From the NCBI RefSeq assembly GCF_001194135.2, contig NC_068981.1, positions 26,545,666-26,590,629 on the forward strand: a stretch of 44,964 nucleotides of DNA. Direction: 5' to 3'. Positions 11,760 through 24,722 of this stretch are shown in pieces (within the stretch, counting starts at the first letter, position 1; each line of letters begins with the position of its first letter). The notes beneath the pieces are model-generated. The model did not search any database and had not been told where the DNA came from. It saw nothing but the letters and a program-made list of their open reading frames with translations. The translations under genes were made by a program, and so were the position numbers. Source of the stretch: Octopus bimaculoides (Eukaryota).

Positions 11760-12256
11760 AATAAAGAATGTGCTCCAAAGCTAGGCAATACCATACGTGC
11801 CAGACCCAACAATAGCACCGTATTACTTGCGCTCTTATACGCAAGTATGATGTGGGCTACTACGAAGAGAATATAACATCGATTGGCCACGACGCAAAGG
11901 ACCATGGAAAGACCCATACTAGGGACATCATTAAAAGTGCACATTTGAAATGAGATCATTTGAGGACGGAGAGGAGTGAATGGTGAGACAGCAGAATACC
12001 GAAAGCTCAAGTTCTGCTGTGCCGGACGTGTCACAAGGCTCACAAACACGTGGAGTCGTGCAGTTTCGGAGTGGTATCCAAGAGATCGGAAAAGACCACT
12101 TTGAAGGCTTCCACGACGATGGAAGACGATATGGTCAAGCAATTTGGGTCACGTTGGAAAAGAATGACGCAATCAAGACAAAGTTGGTTGGAAGTCCATT
12201 ATGACCAGCGGTGTATAAGAGCATCTGATGGTCTGGTCGATACTGCGATGCTGTGA
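11760..12256 (+). mobile_element. Decayed 3' end of an RTE-type LINE
   Basis: LLYASMMWATTK..LATTQRTMERPILG..SEWYPRDRKRP..RLPRRW matches the C-terminus of RTE-clade ORFs. Multiple stops are present. Confidence 0.75.
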
Positions 12257-12689
12257 TATATGTATAAAGTAAAGCAAATTCAAATAAAAAAAGGCAACAA
12301 AAGTCCAAGTTGAAATCATTAGGTTGAAGCTCAAGGAAGAAATAAAAGTTATAAAGTATAATGTCATAACGTTTCGGACATAGTCCTTCGTCAAATGCCA
12401 GAGAAAGTTCAAGTGAGACAGGGAAGAAAAAAAAAAGAAATAATATAACACTCTTAGTCGAGGCAACTGAGNNNNNNNNNNNNNNNNNNNNNNNNNNNNN
12501 NNNNNNNNNNNNNNNNNNNNNNNNNNNNNNNNNNNNNNNNNNNNNNNNNNNNNNNNNNNNNNNNNNNNNNNNNNNNNNNNNNNNNNNNNGTACCATTTAC
12601 GCACTGGGGTCGATATAATCGACTTAAACCGTTTGTCTGTCCTTGTTTGTCCCCTCTGTGTGTAACCCCTTGTGGGTAGTAAAGAAATA

Positions 12690-12885
12690 AGAAACGTTAG
12701 CACGCAGGGCGAAATGCTTAGCGGTATTTCGTCTGTCTTTATGTTCTGAGTTCAAATTCCGCCGAGGTCGACTTTGCCTTTCATCCTTGCGGAGTCGATA
12801 AATTAAGTACCAGTTGCGTACTGGGGTCGATCTAATCGACTGGCCCCCTCCCCTAAAATTTCGGGCCTTGTGCCAAGAGTAGAAA
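12690..12885 (+). mobile_element. SINE, family C (other copies at 17665-17875 on +, 41990-42200 on -, 42365-42605 on -, degraded cluster at 19400-20360)
   Basis: Shared gaaacgttagcac..ttctgagttcaaattccgccgaggtcgactttgcctttcatcc..gtcgataaattaagtaccagttgcgtactggggtcgatctaatcgac. The central part resembles the Meta-SINE domain as I recall it (unverified). Confidence 0.8.
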
Positions 12886-15800
12886 AGGGTATATGTATAA
12901 AGTAAAGCAAATTCAAATAAAAAAAGGCAACAAAAGTCCAAGTTGAAATCATTAGGTTGAAGCTCAAGGAAGAAATAAAAGTTATAAAGTATAATGTCAT
13001 AACGTTTCGGACATAGTCCTTCGTCAAATGCCAGAGAAAGTTCAAGTGAGACAGGGAAGAAAAAAAAAAGAAATAATATAACACTCTTAGTCGAGGCAAC
13101 TGAGTCGAATACTTCACAGAAGAGGTCTGTGTAGACTGAAACATGTTGAGTTTGCATGATCCTTCATCTTAATTCTCTATCTAGTCCAAAAATTTCGGGT
13201 AACGTATATTGTTGAGTTTTCAACCTTGCTTTTTGTTGTTAGACTTTAAAGTGACGTACAGGGAAATTTTATCTTCTACATCATCATTTAACATCTGTCT
13301 GCTATGTTGGAATGGACTGGATGGGTCAACAGAATCTGACGCACCAGAAGAATTGCATCGAGCTCCAGTGTTTTCTTTGGCATGGCCTCTCCTAATGTCA
13401 ACTACTTTACAGAGTGTACTGGGAACTTTTTCCGTGATGCTAGATCTAGTTAGTCTGGTGTTAACTTGGATATATTGATCAGATTTTCAACTCAGTGGGT
13501 CACACATATAAGAGCTTACTGTATTTACATCAGCTAGCGATACGAAAGCATCGTGTGAAGAAGCTAACACATTTAGTTCTTCTAAGACTTCAGCTGGATT
13601 CAGTAAAGAGTTCAAAGTAAGGATAATTTCTAGCCTCATAATGTTGAAACTTTGAAACACACGAAGAAACAGGAAAAGAATTATAGTTTTGAAGTTACGA
13701 ATATGCAAATAAGCACTAATTTTCGTTTCTTTCTTTTTTTTTTTTCTTTTTCTTTCTTTTTATCATAACCTTTCTTCTTTTGTTCATTCACAAATCAATA
13801 TCCTGTTGTTAGAATTCCGGTGTACACGATTTTAATCTAGATACAAAATTAACAAAAAAAGAGATTTTACAGAACTGACTAGTGTAATCATGGTTCATTG
13901 ACTTATAAATTGACCAGTCATCCATGACTCCATAATAGACACGTAGAGATTTTTTAATTATTATTATTATTGTTGTTATTATCATTTTATTTTGTCTTCT
14001 CCCTCAAATTTTCTTAGTAAGCAGCCAGTTGTGGATAGAAGTCGTTTTCTGTTAAGCAAGAAAGGTTGGTTGTTATTCAGTCAAATCTGATACAGAGATT
14101 AATAATTTGGTGGTGGTGGTGGTGAGCGGGGGTGAAAGAAACATGGTACAATAAATATGCAATATTAAAATTCTGAATTGAATATTGAGTTAAGTTTATG
14201 TGGTGGTGGTTAATCTCCGGTCATTGTTGGGTATGATTAAAGGGCCCAGGGGAGAAAAACTTAGGAGTTGTGTCTCATTACTTTCCTTAGAACCATACGA
14301 TTAGAACTCATGACAGCAACCTATATCTTCTTGCAGTATACATTCATAGTTGTTTAGCCCCAGGTCAATCTATGTCAAGCAAGTAGACTTATGGTCAAAA
14401 GCATTTCTATTAGATCGATCGAAGGCTCTGTTGTGATCAACTTTTTAAATCAGACATGTGCCGGATTTAATGTGAGACACGGTAGACATGGCAAAAGGAA
14501 GAAAAGTGCATCGAATTTTAAACACTACTTGAGGGAGATTTTGCCCACTAATTACCTGGATAATCGGTTGATTGACGTTTTCCATTTTAGTTGCGACTAT
14601 GTTGGTATTTCAGGGAAAATTAGGACAATATTTTAGTGCATCTCTCTCTTTTTAAAAATAAGGTATGACCTGCGGGAGATTTAGCTTGGTTGATGCAAGT
14701 GCCACGTGACTGGCTCCCGTGCCGCTGGCACGTAAAAAGCACCATTCGAGCGTGGCTGATGCCAGTGGCACATAAAAAGCATCCACTACACTCTCGGAGT
14801 GGTTGGCGTTAGGAAGGGCATCCAGCAGTAGAAACCGTGCCAGATTAGATTGGAGCCTGGTACAGCCTCCTGGCTTGCCAGTCCTCAGTCAAACCGTAAA
14901 ACCCAAGCCAGCATGGAAAGTGGATGTTAAACGACGATGATTTCTGTTAGACTGAGAAAACATGTATAGGTTCTCTCGTTGGCTTTTGCTAAATTTCTTA
15001 TATGTATTGGCAACACTGAAGTAGTTGAGAGCTTTACCGCCTCTGTGATGCTAAGATTAACTACTTCTGTGGAAATACTCCAGATCCAGTTTCATGTAAA
15101 TAGACTAACTACTAGGTGAAAATGTATTTAAGCCCAAGGTAAGATTTGATGAAGCAGATCTATTTTCAAAATGATTTTTCAGCTATGACCATCCTACTTT
15201 TTCCATCTAATAAATAGTCTATCTAGGTTCACATTACATTGTTTTAAAGATATCAATGTGTTTTTTGAAGGAGATTTAACTGTTTTTAGCAAACTGGGCC
15301 TCCAACCAAAGAATATTCCTTCATCATCATTATCATCGTTTAACGTCCGCTTTCCATGCTAGCATGGGTTGGACGATGTGACTGAGGACTGGTGAACCAG
15401 ATAGCTGCACCAGGCTCCAATCTGATCTGGCAGAGTATCTACAGCTGGATGCCCTTCCTAACACCAACCTCTCCGATAGTGGGTGCTTTGACGTGTCCTT
15501 CATTTGATTAAAAGAGTAAATCACATAAGATATATATATTTATATAATAATCTATACAATAAGCTTATTGTATACAGTGCTCAAGTTCACTATAAGTCAT
15601 TGCAAATGGGTAAAAGAGGGGGACAGGAAACAGTAATAAGTAAAGAAAAGCAGCTATGAAAACCAAAAGTTCATGAACAGTAAAAGAACCATGACACATA
15701 AGAAGTGTTGGCAAATTTCAGAAAGTCAGTAGTGTTCTGACAGCTAACAAACAACATGTAGTTAATCCAATTCTTTGATAATTCCGAGGAAAATAATGTT

Positions 15801-18752
15801 GGCAAAAGTCATTCATGTTGCATGCACTGTTCTTTTTGATTTTGGTTTTATAAACAAATCCAAGAGTGGTAGATATGTTGAATAAATAGTCTACAAAGTG
15901 TTTGTCAGAATAATTATTACACTTCTTGCAAATCCAAGTACCCCAAACATCGGTTTTACTATCCCTTTAAACTACAATAGAAATTAAGCATGGTACTGTT
16001 AATGAATTACAAAAAGACTGACCCTTCTTTATGTGAAATAGATAATATCTGGTCCATGTCAAAATCCACCAGAGACCAACTCTGATACTAGAACACAAAT
16101 TTGCATATTTTGAAGCGTCAATCTCAAAAGTAAACATTTCTATCACAAATTTGTGAAACTAACTTCAGTTATGATACACTACACATCGTCTTAATAATGA
16201 AAACTGAATTTATTTTACTGAATTTCCTGAAAATCCTTGTTTATGTTTCACAAGTAATTAAAACATATAAGCAGCATATTTCATTGGAAGTATTATCAGA
16301 AAAAACATGAAGCTAGCTAAGGTAGAAAGGTGAACTACATCAATTCCAGTATGTAGCTTTGTCTCTCTACTCTGTTGTTCACAAGTTTTAATGCCAGTGA
16401 AGATTAATTTCTTTTCCTTCCTCTGAGGGCATATACTTCATTATCAGAAAATTGTCCCAGTTATATCATGTAGTGAATGCAGTCAACTACCGGTCTCTGA
16501 AACTTCTGTCATAAATCATTTCCTTCAACCTTGTTTCTTGCTATACTTCTGCCATCCTTTCATACCTCTGCCTAGAACCATTGACAACTCCTTTGCCATT
16601 GTAGTGGCCCTTTAGGCTCATAACTTGGCAAATTATGAGGTGATTCTCATTAGAGCTAGTGCCGTGTAAAAAGTACCCAGAACACTCTATAATGTGGTTA
16701 GCATTAGGAAGGGCATCCGGTTGTAGAAATCAAGCCAAAGCAGACAAGAGTGATTCGGTTCTCCAACTTATCAGGTCATATTAAATTGCCCAATCCATAC
16801 CAGCATGGAAGTTGAACATTAAATGGCAATGATGATGACATTAAACACTACTGATAAAGTGAATAGATAAGATGGTCGTAACTGAAACACAATTTGATGA
16901 TAAAGTCACCTTGATCCAAACTGACCTGGGGCTACACAAGAGCTCATTCACAAAGCAATGAGGCTACTTACCTATAGCTGGATCTCAGGTGTATTCTCAT
17001 AGAGGTTCATGATTTTAGTACTACAACACAACACTTATTTAGTCCTTAGTCTATCCTGATCAACTAAACTCCAGCCCTGACCATCCCATTGACTAACCTA
17101 GACTTGTTTTCTTCTTAGGTATAATTTGAAGGAGATTTAACTACTATTTCTAATTGGTCAAGCAAATGCTTAGAGACTCCTTTGTTGAATACAAAGTCAA
17201 TGCATTCTCAGCAATCCCTAATCAATTTTCAAACCTTACTGGGTTATCACCAGGGGCATTTACTTCAACTTGACCAGTCCCTGAATATCCAGTCAATGTA
17301 TAAAGTAAAAGATAACCAGATGATTCCAGTTGTCCAAAGAATGCAGCTAATTACTACTTTTTATGAAAGTGGCTGAGTATTGCACAGACATATGCATAAT
17401 GTAATCATCAGGTAGATTCTGTGTAACACATTCTGTGACAAGACTAGTTCTTTGAATCATATGAGAATCAATCAGAAGGTAATGCAAGTTTTAAATATGC
17501 CTTAGTTTTTGACTCACCCCAGTATATATGAGGGGTGAGTCAAAAAGCAACACAAATAAAAATTCCATTACTTTCTGACTCACACTCATAGTTACAATCC
17601 ATTCAACAGATTTCCACATTAACTCACTCAACCCAATACTGTGACAATATTCTCACATAAAGTAAGGTGGTGATCTGGCAGAAACATTAGCACACCAGGC
17701 GAAATGCTTAGCGGTATTTCGTCTGTCTTTACATTCTGAGTTCAAATTCTGCTATGGTTGACTTATCCTTTCGGGCTCAATAAATTAAGTACCAGTTGCA
17801 TAATGGGGTCGATCTAATCGACTGGCGCCCTCTCCCAAAATTTCAGGCCTTGTGCCTAGAGTAGAAAAGAATATTCTTAAAGTAAAATGTTGTGGATTTG
17901 AACTCAAGACTTCATGATTTAAATATGAATTTCTAACCAATTCAGCCTGCCTGCAACATTGTCAATGTATACAAACGCAAATACATATGAAGAGAATATA
18001 GAAAAATATAACACAACAGCAATATTTTCTTTAAAAAATATTAATGTTCATGATAACATACATTTAAGACAATACAAATGAAATTTTTGATGTTTATATT
18101 TTTACAAAGACGTAGAATGGTGAGGAATGAGGTAATTTAAATATGATTAAAAACAGTTATGTGTATATACATTTCTCTCCAGCATGATCAGAGACCACTG
18201 GGTAAAATTAGTAAAATAACACACACACTGAAGAATAGGTAAGGCTGTACAGGTATAGGCTTAATTGTGTGATTAAGAAGTTTGCATCCCAACCAGTTTC
18301 TGGTAGCTCCAAGTCAACTAAACCCTTGATGTGGATTTGCTAGAAATTGAAAGCCCATTGTATGCATACAAATATACATGTGTGTGTGTGTGTGTGTGTG
18401 ACCTTGTCTTAAGATTACATGCTAGTTGAAAATGAATGTCACTGCTATATACACAGTGTCATTCATTTACACAGACATGTCCAACCATGGTGAAATATTA
18501 CTTTGCTTGGTTACAGGCCAGAAACAGCATTCAGCCATTGAAAATCTGCTTCAATATACTACGTCCAACCTGAGCAAACATGGAAAAGTGGACATTAAAC
18601 TAAAGATGGTAATAATGATGATGATAAATATTACAAGTATTATTATTATTATACTAGTTTCACCTTGTGGTCTATATCACTGTTGGGGATATAAATACAT
18701 TGCAGGTGTATAAAAATGTCAATGACTTTCTCGCTTTAAATATTAATTTTCC

Positions 18753-19124
18753 CTATTCAAAATTACACAGCAAATCCTCAAAACTGCCCGAGCGGTTTCT
18801 TGGAGGTGATTTTACAGGCTGCTTTATGAAGATGGCATGGACAATACCATACAAAAAAATGATTAAGAGCAAAATGATGAAGTAAGTAATGAAACTGATG
18901 TCATAGCAGAGATAGAGAATCAAATACAGCAGCAACAGTCGAAAGAGGATGTAGTAGCTGGCAAAGAGACGAAGACTTATATGTGGTTTGCTAGAGATAG
19001 ATGTGATGCGCAACTTGTTTGGTGAGTAGAAATCCCGGAGGCACAGCGGTGGTTGGATATACGCTCGCATAACTCGACCAAGGAAATCTTCACGGTAATA
19101 CAAATTGTGGATGGTTGTAGAACA
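18753..19124 (-). CDS. SMPD4: SMPD4 last coding exon (C-terminal transmembrane region)
   Basis: ttttggttttttatttcag|TGT. Reads CSTTIHNLYYREDFLGRVMR..KPHISLRLFASYYILFRLLLLYLILY..*, matching the SMPD4 motif PRLSLRFLGSYRTL followed by hydrophobic helices. Confidence 0.9.
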   Translation of the reverse strand, partial: CSTTIHNLYYREDFLGRVMRAYIQPPLCLRDFYSPNKLRITSISSKPHISLRLFASYYILFRLLLLYLILYLCYDISFITYFIILLLIIFLYGIVHAIFIKQPVKSPPRNRSGSFEDLLCNFE

Positions 19125-20667
19125 CTGAAATAAAAAACCAAAAGTTATTATAGTGCAAGAAGAGAAGAAAAAGAATTTTTGTTTTTTTGCAAACATTTTT
19201 GATATATTTGAAAAATCATTACAACTGAGAGTGGAATGCTTTACAAGGACTTGGCTTTCTGAAGTTTTATGGCAGGGAATTATTATTATTATAGATGTTT
19301 TCGATCTAGTTTGGATTCTTTGCCATCAAATTTGATTGCAAAGAATTCAAATTTGATGGCAAAGAATCCAAACTAGATCAAAAACATCTATACTAACATT
19401 ATTAACGTAGCATGCAGGCAGAATTGTTAGCACACTGGACAATGATTAGCAGTATTTCGTCCAGCTTTATGTTCTGAGTTGAAGTTCTGAGGAGACTGAT
19501 TTTGCTTTTCATCATTTGGGGGAACAATAAAATAAGTACCAGTCAAGTACTGGGGTTGATGAAATCAACTAGCCTCCTCTCCCCAAATTTCAGGCCTATA
19601 TTAGAAAGAATCATTGTTGTTAGGGTGGTGAGCTGGCCAAATCATTAGAGCTTTGGAAAAATGTAAAGAATCAGAACAAGTGCCACAAAGCATTTTTCCA
19701 ATGTTTTGAGTTCAAATCCAGCCAAAGTCAAGTTTGCCTTTCAAGCTTTGGGGTCTGATAAAACAAAGTAGCATGCAAGTACTAGGGTCGATATCATCGA
19801 CTTGACCCCTTCCCTCAAAGTTGCTTTTACTAAAATTACAAAGAACTGTCATTATTATTGTGAGATGGCAGAATCAATCCAGTGACAGACAAAATGCTTA
19901 GGCATTTCACTTGTCTATTTTTGAGTCCAAATCCCACTGAGGTCAACTTTGCCTCTCGACATTTTGGAGTTGATGAAAATAATACCAGAAAATAATACTG
20001 GAACTGATGTAATCATCTACCCCCATCTCCCATTATTTCAGGCCTTGTATCTGTAGTATAAAGGATTGTTGTTGTTGTTGTTGTTAAGTAAACTGGCAAA
20101 ATCGATCGAGCATTGGAAAAATGTTTTGTGGCATATGTTCAGATTCTTTACACTCTGAGTTCAATTCCTGCCAAGGTTGACTTGCCTTTCATCTTATTAG
20201 GGTTGATAAAAAAAATCTCAATTGGCCCCCAGTACTTGACTAAAATGAAGTAGCAGCTAAGTAATGGAGTTAATGTAATCAACTAACTCTGTTCCCTTCA
20301 ACTCTTTATATTCTGATATTCTGAGTTCGAATCCAACTGAAGTAGACTTCACTTTCATCCTCCAGACTGTGTGGTTAAGAGTAACACAGCTAAAAGGATG
20401 CTTCCCAACTACATGATTTCAAGTTCAGTCCCACTGTAGGGAACCTTAATTAAATGTCTTCTACTACCTATACCACTGGGCTGACCAAGGTCTGGTAAAT
20501 GGATTTAATAGATAGAAACTGAAAGGGCGTAAAAAGCACCCAGTACACTCTGTTAAGTGGTTGGCATTAGGAAAGCATCCAACCATAGAAACCATGCTGC
20601 AACAGACAGCTGGAGTTTGGATGCAATATGCAGTATTTTCTGTACAAATCAAACTAATCAACATTAC

Positions 20668-20796
20668 CTGATTGTTGATCTGACAGCAAATGTTGTAAAG
20701 ATTCTGTACCAAGAAACCGTTCTCAAAACTTCTAACTGGTTGCAGGTCTGGATCACCTTGGTAACTCACGCTGGCTGTACGCAGCATGTTCATCAG
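20668..20796 (-). CDS. SMPD4: SMPD4 exon, 129 nt, phase 0-0
   Basis: AG/GT bounded. LMNMLRTASVSYQGDPDLQPVRSFENGFLVQNLYNICCQINNQ compares with human EYQGDPELQPIRSYE. Confidence 0.95.
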
Positions 20797-21336
20797 CTAA
20801 TAATTGAACAGATATGCATACATAATTTAGTTTGTTGCTTCATTTGTAAGTACAAACTACATATACTGAAATTCTTTACAGTATTATCAACATATATGCA
20901 TGCAACACATCTCTGCCATCTAAGAAACAGAGAAATTGATATGCAAAAAAAAAAAAAAATCATTCATCGTCCACAAAGCAGAAACTTTCTACTGAGAAGG
21001 CAGCTATTACAAACTTTATTTCATAACACTTTCAACTCCAAATTCTGAATGGGTATCCTTTGGTTCTTTTGCTAATTTAATCACAGCCAACTCAACAACT
21101 GTTTGAGGAATAAGTTAAATAAGTAATGACTGGTTTATCAAGGTGACAACTAGGAAGTGAGAAACAATATTTTCTCAAAAGGAGTTACTAACCACTCGGA
21201 TGAATAAATTGTAAGTCTAAGGGAGATAACTCACGGACATTGAAATTGGTTTCTATTTCATTTAAGGATATCAAGTTGCCACTACATAGCCGTTCGTCCT
21301 GCTAGAAATAGAAGCCAAATCTCCCTCAAACTACAC

Positions 21337-21576
21337 CAGTGGTTCCCAAACCTTTAATTTAAATAAGTTTTCTTACGGACCCCTTTTGATATGTTTATCC
21401 TTATGTATATATGAAATTTTGAATTTAGGAAGGGCATCCAGCTGTAGAAACTCTGCCAAATCAGACNNNNNNNNNNATGGAAAGCGGACGTTAAACGATG
21501 ATGATGATGATGATGACACCCTCCAGTACTTTTGCAGACCGCCAGGGGTATGGAGAGCCTAGGTTGGGAACCACTG
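21337..21576. mobile_element. hAT-type MITE with nested insertion
   Basis: TIRs CAGTGGTTCCCAAACCT / AGGTTGGGAACCACTG. 8-bp TSD aactacac / aattacac (7 of 8 match). An RTE-tail repeat is inserted at ~21427-21516. Confidence 0.85.
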
Positions 21577-22039
21577 AATTACACCCTACTATCGTAAAAT
21601 AGGAAAGGAAATAGATGAAAATATAGTTCAATATACTTCTAGAAACACAAAAGTTTTTAGGTCTGTTCAATCAGGACTAACCTGAATGCCAAATGAAAAA
21701 GACCTCTTCAAATTGTTACAATTGATTGGGCAGTCACAGCTATATCATGTCCAACGTCTTATTTTTCATCATCCATACTGGCATAAGTTGGACAGTCTGC
21801 ATCAAATGATCCTGAGGCTCACCTTTGACCTTCTTTATCTTATATACAAAGCTCTGCATACATGAGATCCTACTTCAATATTTCTTCTCAATCAACCAGG
21901 CAACTTTTACTGTAGACAGATATTTAAATACAGTGATGTTTGATCAGTTATCTCACTTTCCATTACATTTTACTACATTGCTCCTATTCTCTCAGTTTAT
22001 ATGTATTTCAGAATTCATTTACAGTACATTGACAAGCGA

Positions 22040-22383
22040 AATCGTGATGGCACCTGTGCCCAGCGTCGCCTTCCTGGCACTTGTGCCGGTAGCACGTGTA
22101 AAGACATTCGAGCGAGATCGTTGCCAGTGCTGCTGGACTGGCTTGTGTGCCGGTGGCACATAAAATACACCATTTTGAATGTGGCCGTTGCCAGTACCGC
22201 CTGACTCGCCTTCGTGCCGGTGGCACGTAAAAGCACCCACTACACACTCGGAGTGGTTGGCGTTAGGAAGGGCATCCAGCTGTAGAAACTCTGGTGTTGC
22301 CATCCGGTTTCACCAGTCCTCAGTCAAATCGTCCAACCCATGCTAGCATGGAAAGCGGACGTTAAACAATGATGATGATGATG
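22040..22383 (+). mobile_element. RTE-3'UTR-derived repeat, family B (roughly 15 copies on both strands)
   Basis: ..gcacgtaaaagcacccactacac..tggttggcgttaggaagggcatccagctgtagaaac..catggaaagcggacgttaaac(gat)n. Other copies lie near 14700-14942, 15322-15495, 25385-25560, 28066-28235, 28773-29080, 40130-40467, 40945-41220, 42202-42360 and 44304-44430. Confidence 0.85.
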
Positions 22384-24563
22384 AATCGATGCAATGGAAT
22401 AATAATAGATTTTCATGTATAGATAACTTCCATTACAGGAAAATATGTAAAGCCAAGATTTTCAAGATCATAACACTTACATAAAAAAGGGAATGCTTAA
22501 TCTTACCAACAACCACAAAAGTTTCTGCAACAGGCAGGTGAGATATCTTTGATTAAACTACCACAGTACCTAAGTGAATGACCTAAGAGATTTACACCAT
22601 AAGGATACATAACTGTTCACTACAAGGATTTCAACAGAGCTATTGTTTGATTTGCTATTAACTTAATTAGCATTAAAAGCAGCCATATCCAACCAAAATA
22701 TTGTATCTGTTTTATGTTTAAAACTCTTTATACGATCACACACAAGATAATGCTTGATTAAATCAAAACATTGTGAATAAATATGCATTACATTTGACAG
22801 AGTAATCTAGATGCTAAAAAGTTAAGCTAAGTCTTGTAAGAGAGGAAATACCCTTAATAGAATCAGATCATAAATTTATTATAGTGAATCCTATTGTCTA
22901 GTGGGAAGTTAGAGACACTACTAAAGACTCCATCTTTGTTCCGCTAAATATTTTATTAATACACTTTTACTATTTTACTTGTTTCAGTCACTTGACTGTG
23001 GCCATGCTGGAGCACCGCCTTTAGTCGAACAAATCAACCCCAGGACATATTTTTTGTAAGCCTAGTACTTATTCTATCGGTCTCTTTTGCCGAACCGCTA
23101 AGTTACAAGATGTAAACACACCAGCATCAATTGTCAAGCGATGTTGGGGAGAGGGGAAAAACACAGACACACAAACATATACACACTCACATACATATAT
23201 ATATATATACATATACATATACACGACGGGCTTCTTTCAGTTTCCGTCTACCAAATCCACTCACAAGGCTTTGGTCGGGCCAATGCTATAGTAGAAGACA
23301 CTTGCCCAAGGTGCCACGCAGTGGGACTGAACCCGGAACCATGTGGTTGGCAAGCAAGCTACTTACCACACAGCCACTGCTACGCCTATGTGATATTCCT
23401 TAATTTAGTCTCAAACTATCATAAAAAAAAAAAGAAGAAATGTTCATTAAATATTGATTTGCGAGTAGGTATCTGAAGAGGTGACCGAAACTAAAAGAAC
23501 TGAAGACGAGTTCAAATATACCTCAGAAATATTTCAACCTGGAAAGACTTTTCATTGCAGTTTGTTTTAAGCAAGAATTTTTTTCATGACAAACTGCAGT
23601 GAAAAGCAAATATCTCTCAAACATATTTGAACTCGTCTTAAGTCTGTATACTTTCTGTCATTACTTCGTACATCTATTTGTATATTTTGTTCTGGGCTGG
23701 TAGCCAAGGTTGGCTGTCAGCAGCTTATATTTTACTGAATAATGATAAAGGAAACAAAGTTTTCTCTAAGCTCAGAGTTGCCTATCTTGGTATCTGATAC
23801 TGGAGAGAGCTAACGAGTTTGATATTCATCCATCAGTCCAATAAAGAGCTGACAATGATGTTTTGACACCAATTTTGTCTTAAGCAATAATTATTTTCTC
23901 CATGACAAACTACAGTGAAAAAGGCCTTTACAGGTTCTAATATCTATCAAGTATATTCCAACTGGCTTTTAAGTTTTTAAATATTGATGATAATGATCTT
24001 AAGTGAAAATCACATTCAAAAATAAAATCACAAATGAGGATCTCTTCAACAATTTAACGTTTTTATAAAAATATTTGTAGGCGCAGGAGTGGCTGTGTGG
24101 TAAGTAGCTTGCTTACCAACCACATGGTTCCGGGTTCATTCCTACTGCGTAGCACCTTGGTCAAGTGTCTTCTATTATAGCCTCGGGCNNNNNNNNNNTG
24201 TTTGTGTATCTGTGTTTGTCTCCCCAGCATCACTTGATAACCGATGGTGGTGTGTTTACGTCCCCGTAACTTAACGGTTCTGCAAAAGAAACCGATAGAA
24301 TAAGTACTAGGCTTCCAAAGAATACGTCCTGGGGTTGATTTGCTTGACTAAAGGCGGTGCTCCAGCATGGCCGCAGTCAAATGACTGAAATGAGTAAAAG
24401 AGTAAATCATTGAGTTTCTGTTTCAATATAAACACTTTAAAACAGTTTCGTATCGTAGAGGCAGATGAAGTCTCAGTCAGGTTCATAACATTAACAAAAA
24501 TGAAATCAAAAGAAAGCATGGATATAAAATCAAAAATTTCTAAAAGAAATGAAAAATAATTAC

Positions 24564-24722
24564 CTGGTGTCTTCCAACATCAGTTAGGCGTTTACCTTCA
24601 AATGTAGTTTCAAAATCAGGTAAAGTGTCATCATTTTGGCATTGTTTATGAACATCACCATTTGTTAAATTTGAATTATTATCTTTGTTGTCATCATAGA
24701 ATAAAACTTCTGGAGGTGCAAT
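24564..24722 (-). CDS. SMPD4: SMPD4 exon, 159 nt, phase 0-0
   Basis: AG/GT bounded. IAPPEVLFYDDNKDNNSN..TLPDFETTFEGKRLTDVGRHQ compares with human [20 protein letters not shown]. Confidence 0.9.

Noticed and set aside
23473-23495. CTGAAGAGGTGACCGAAAC mini hammerhead-like string
   Set aside because: There is no stem III/NUH or stem I partner, so it is likely chance.
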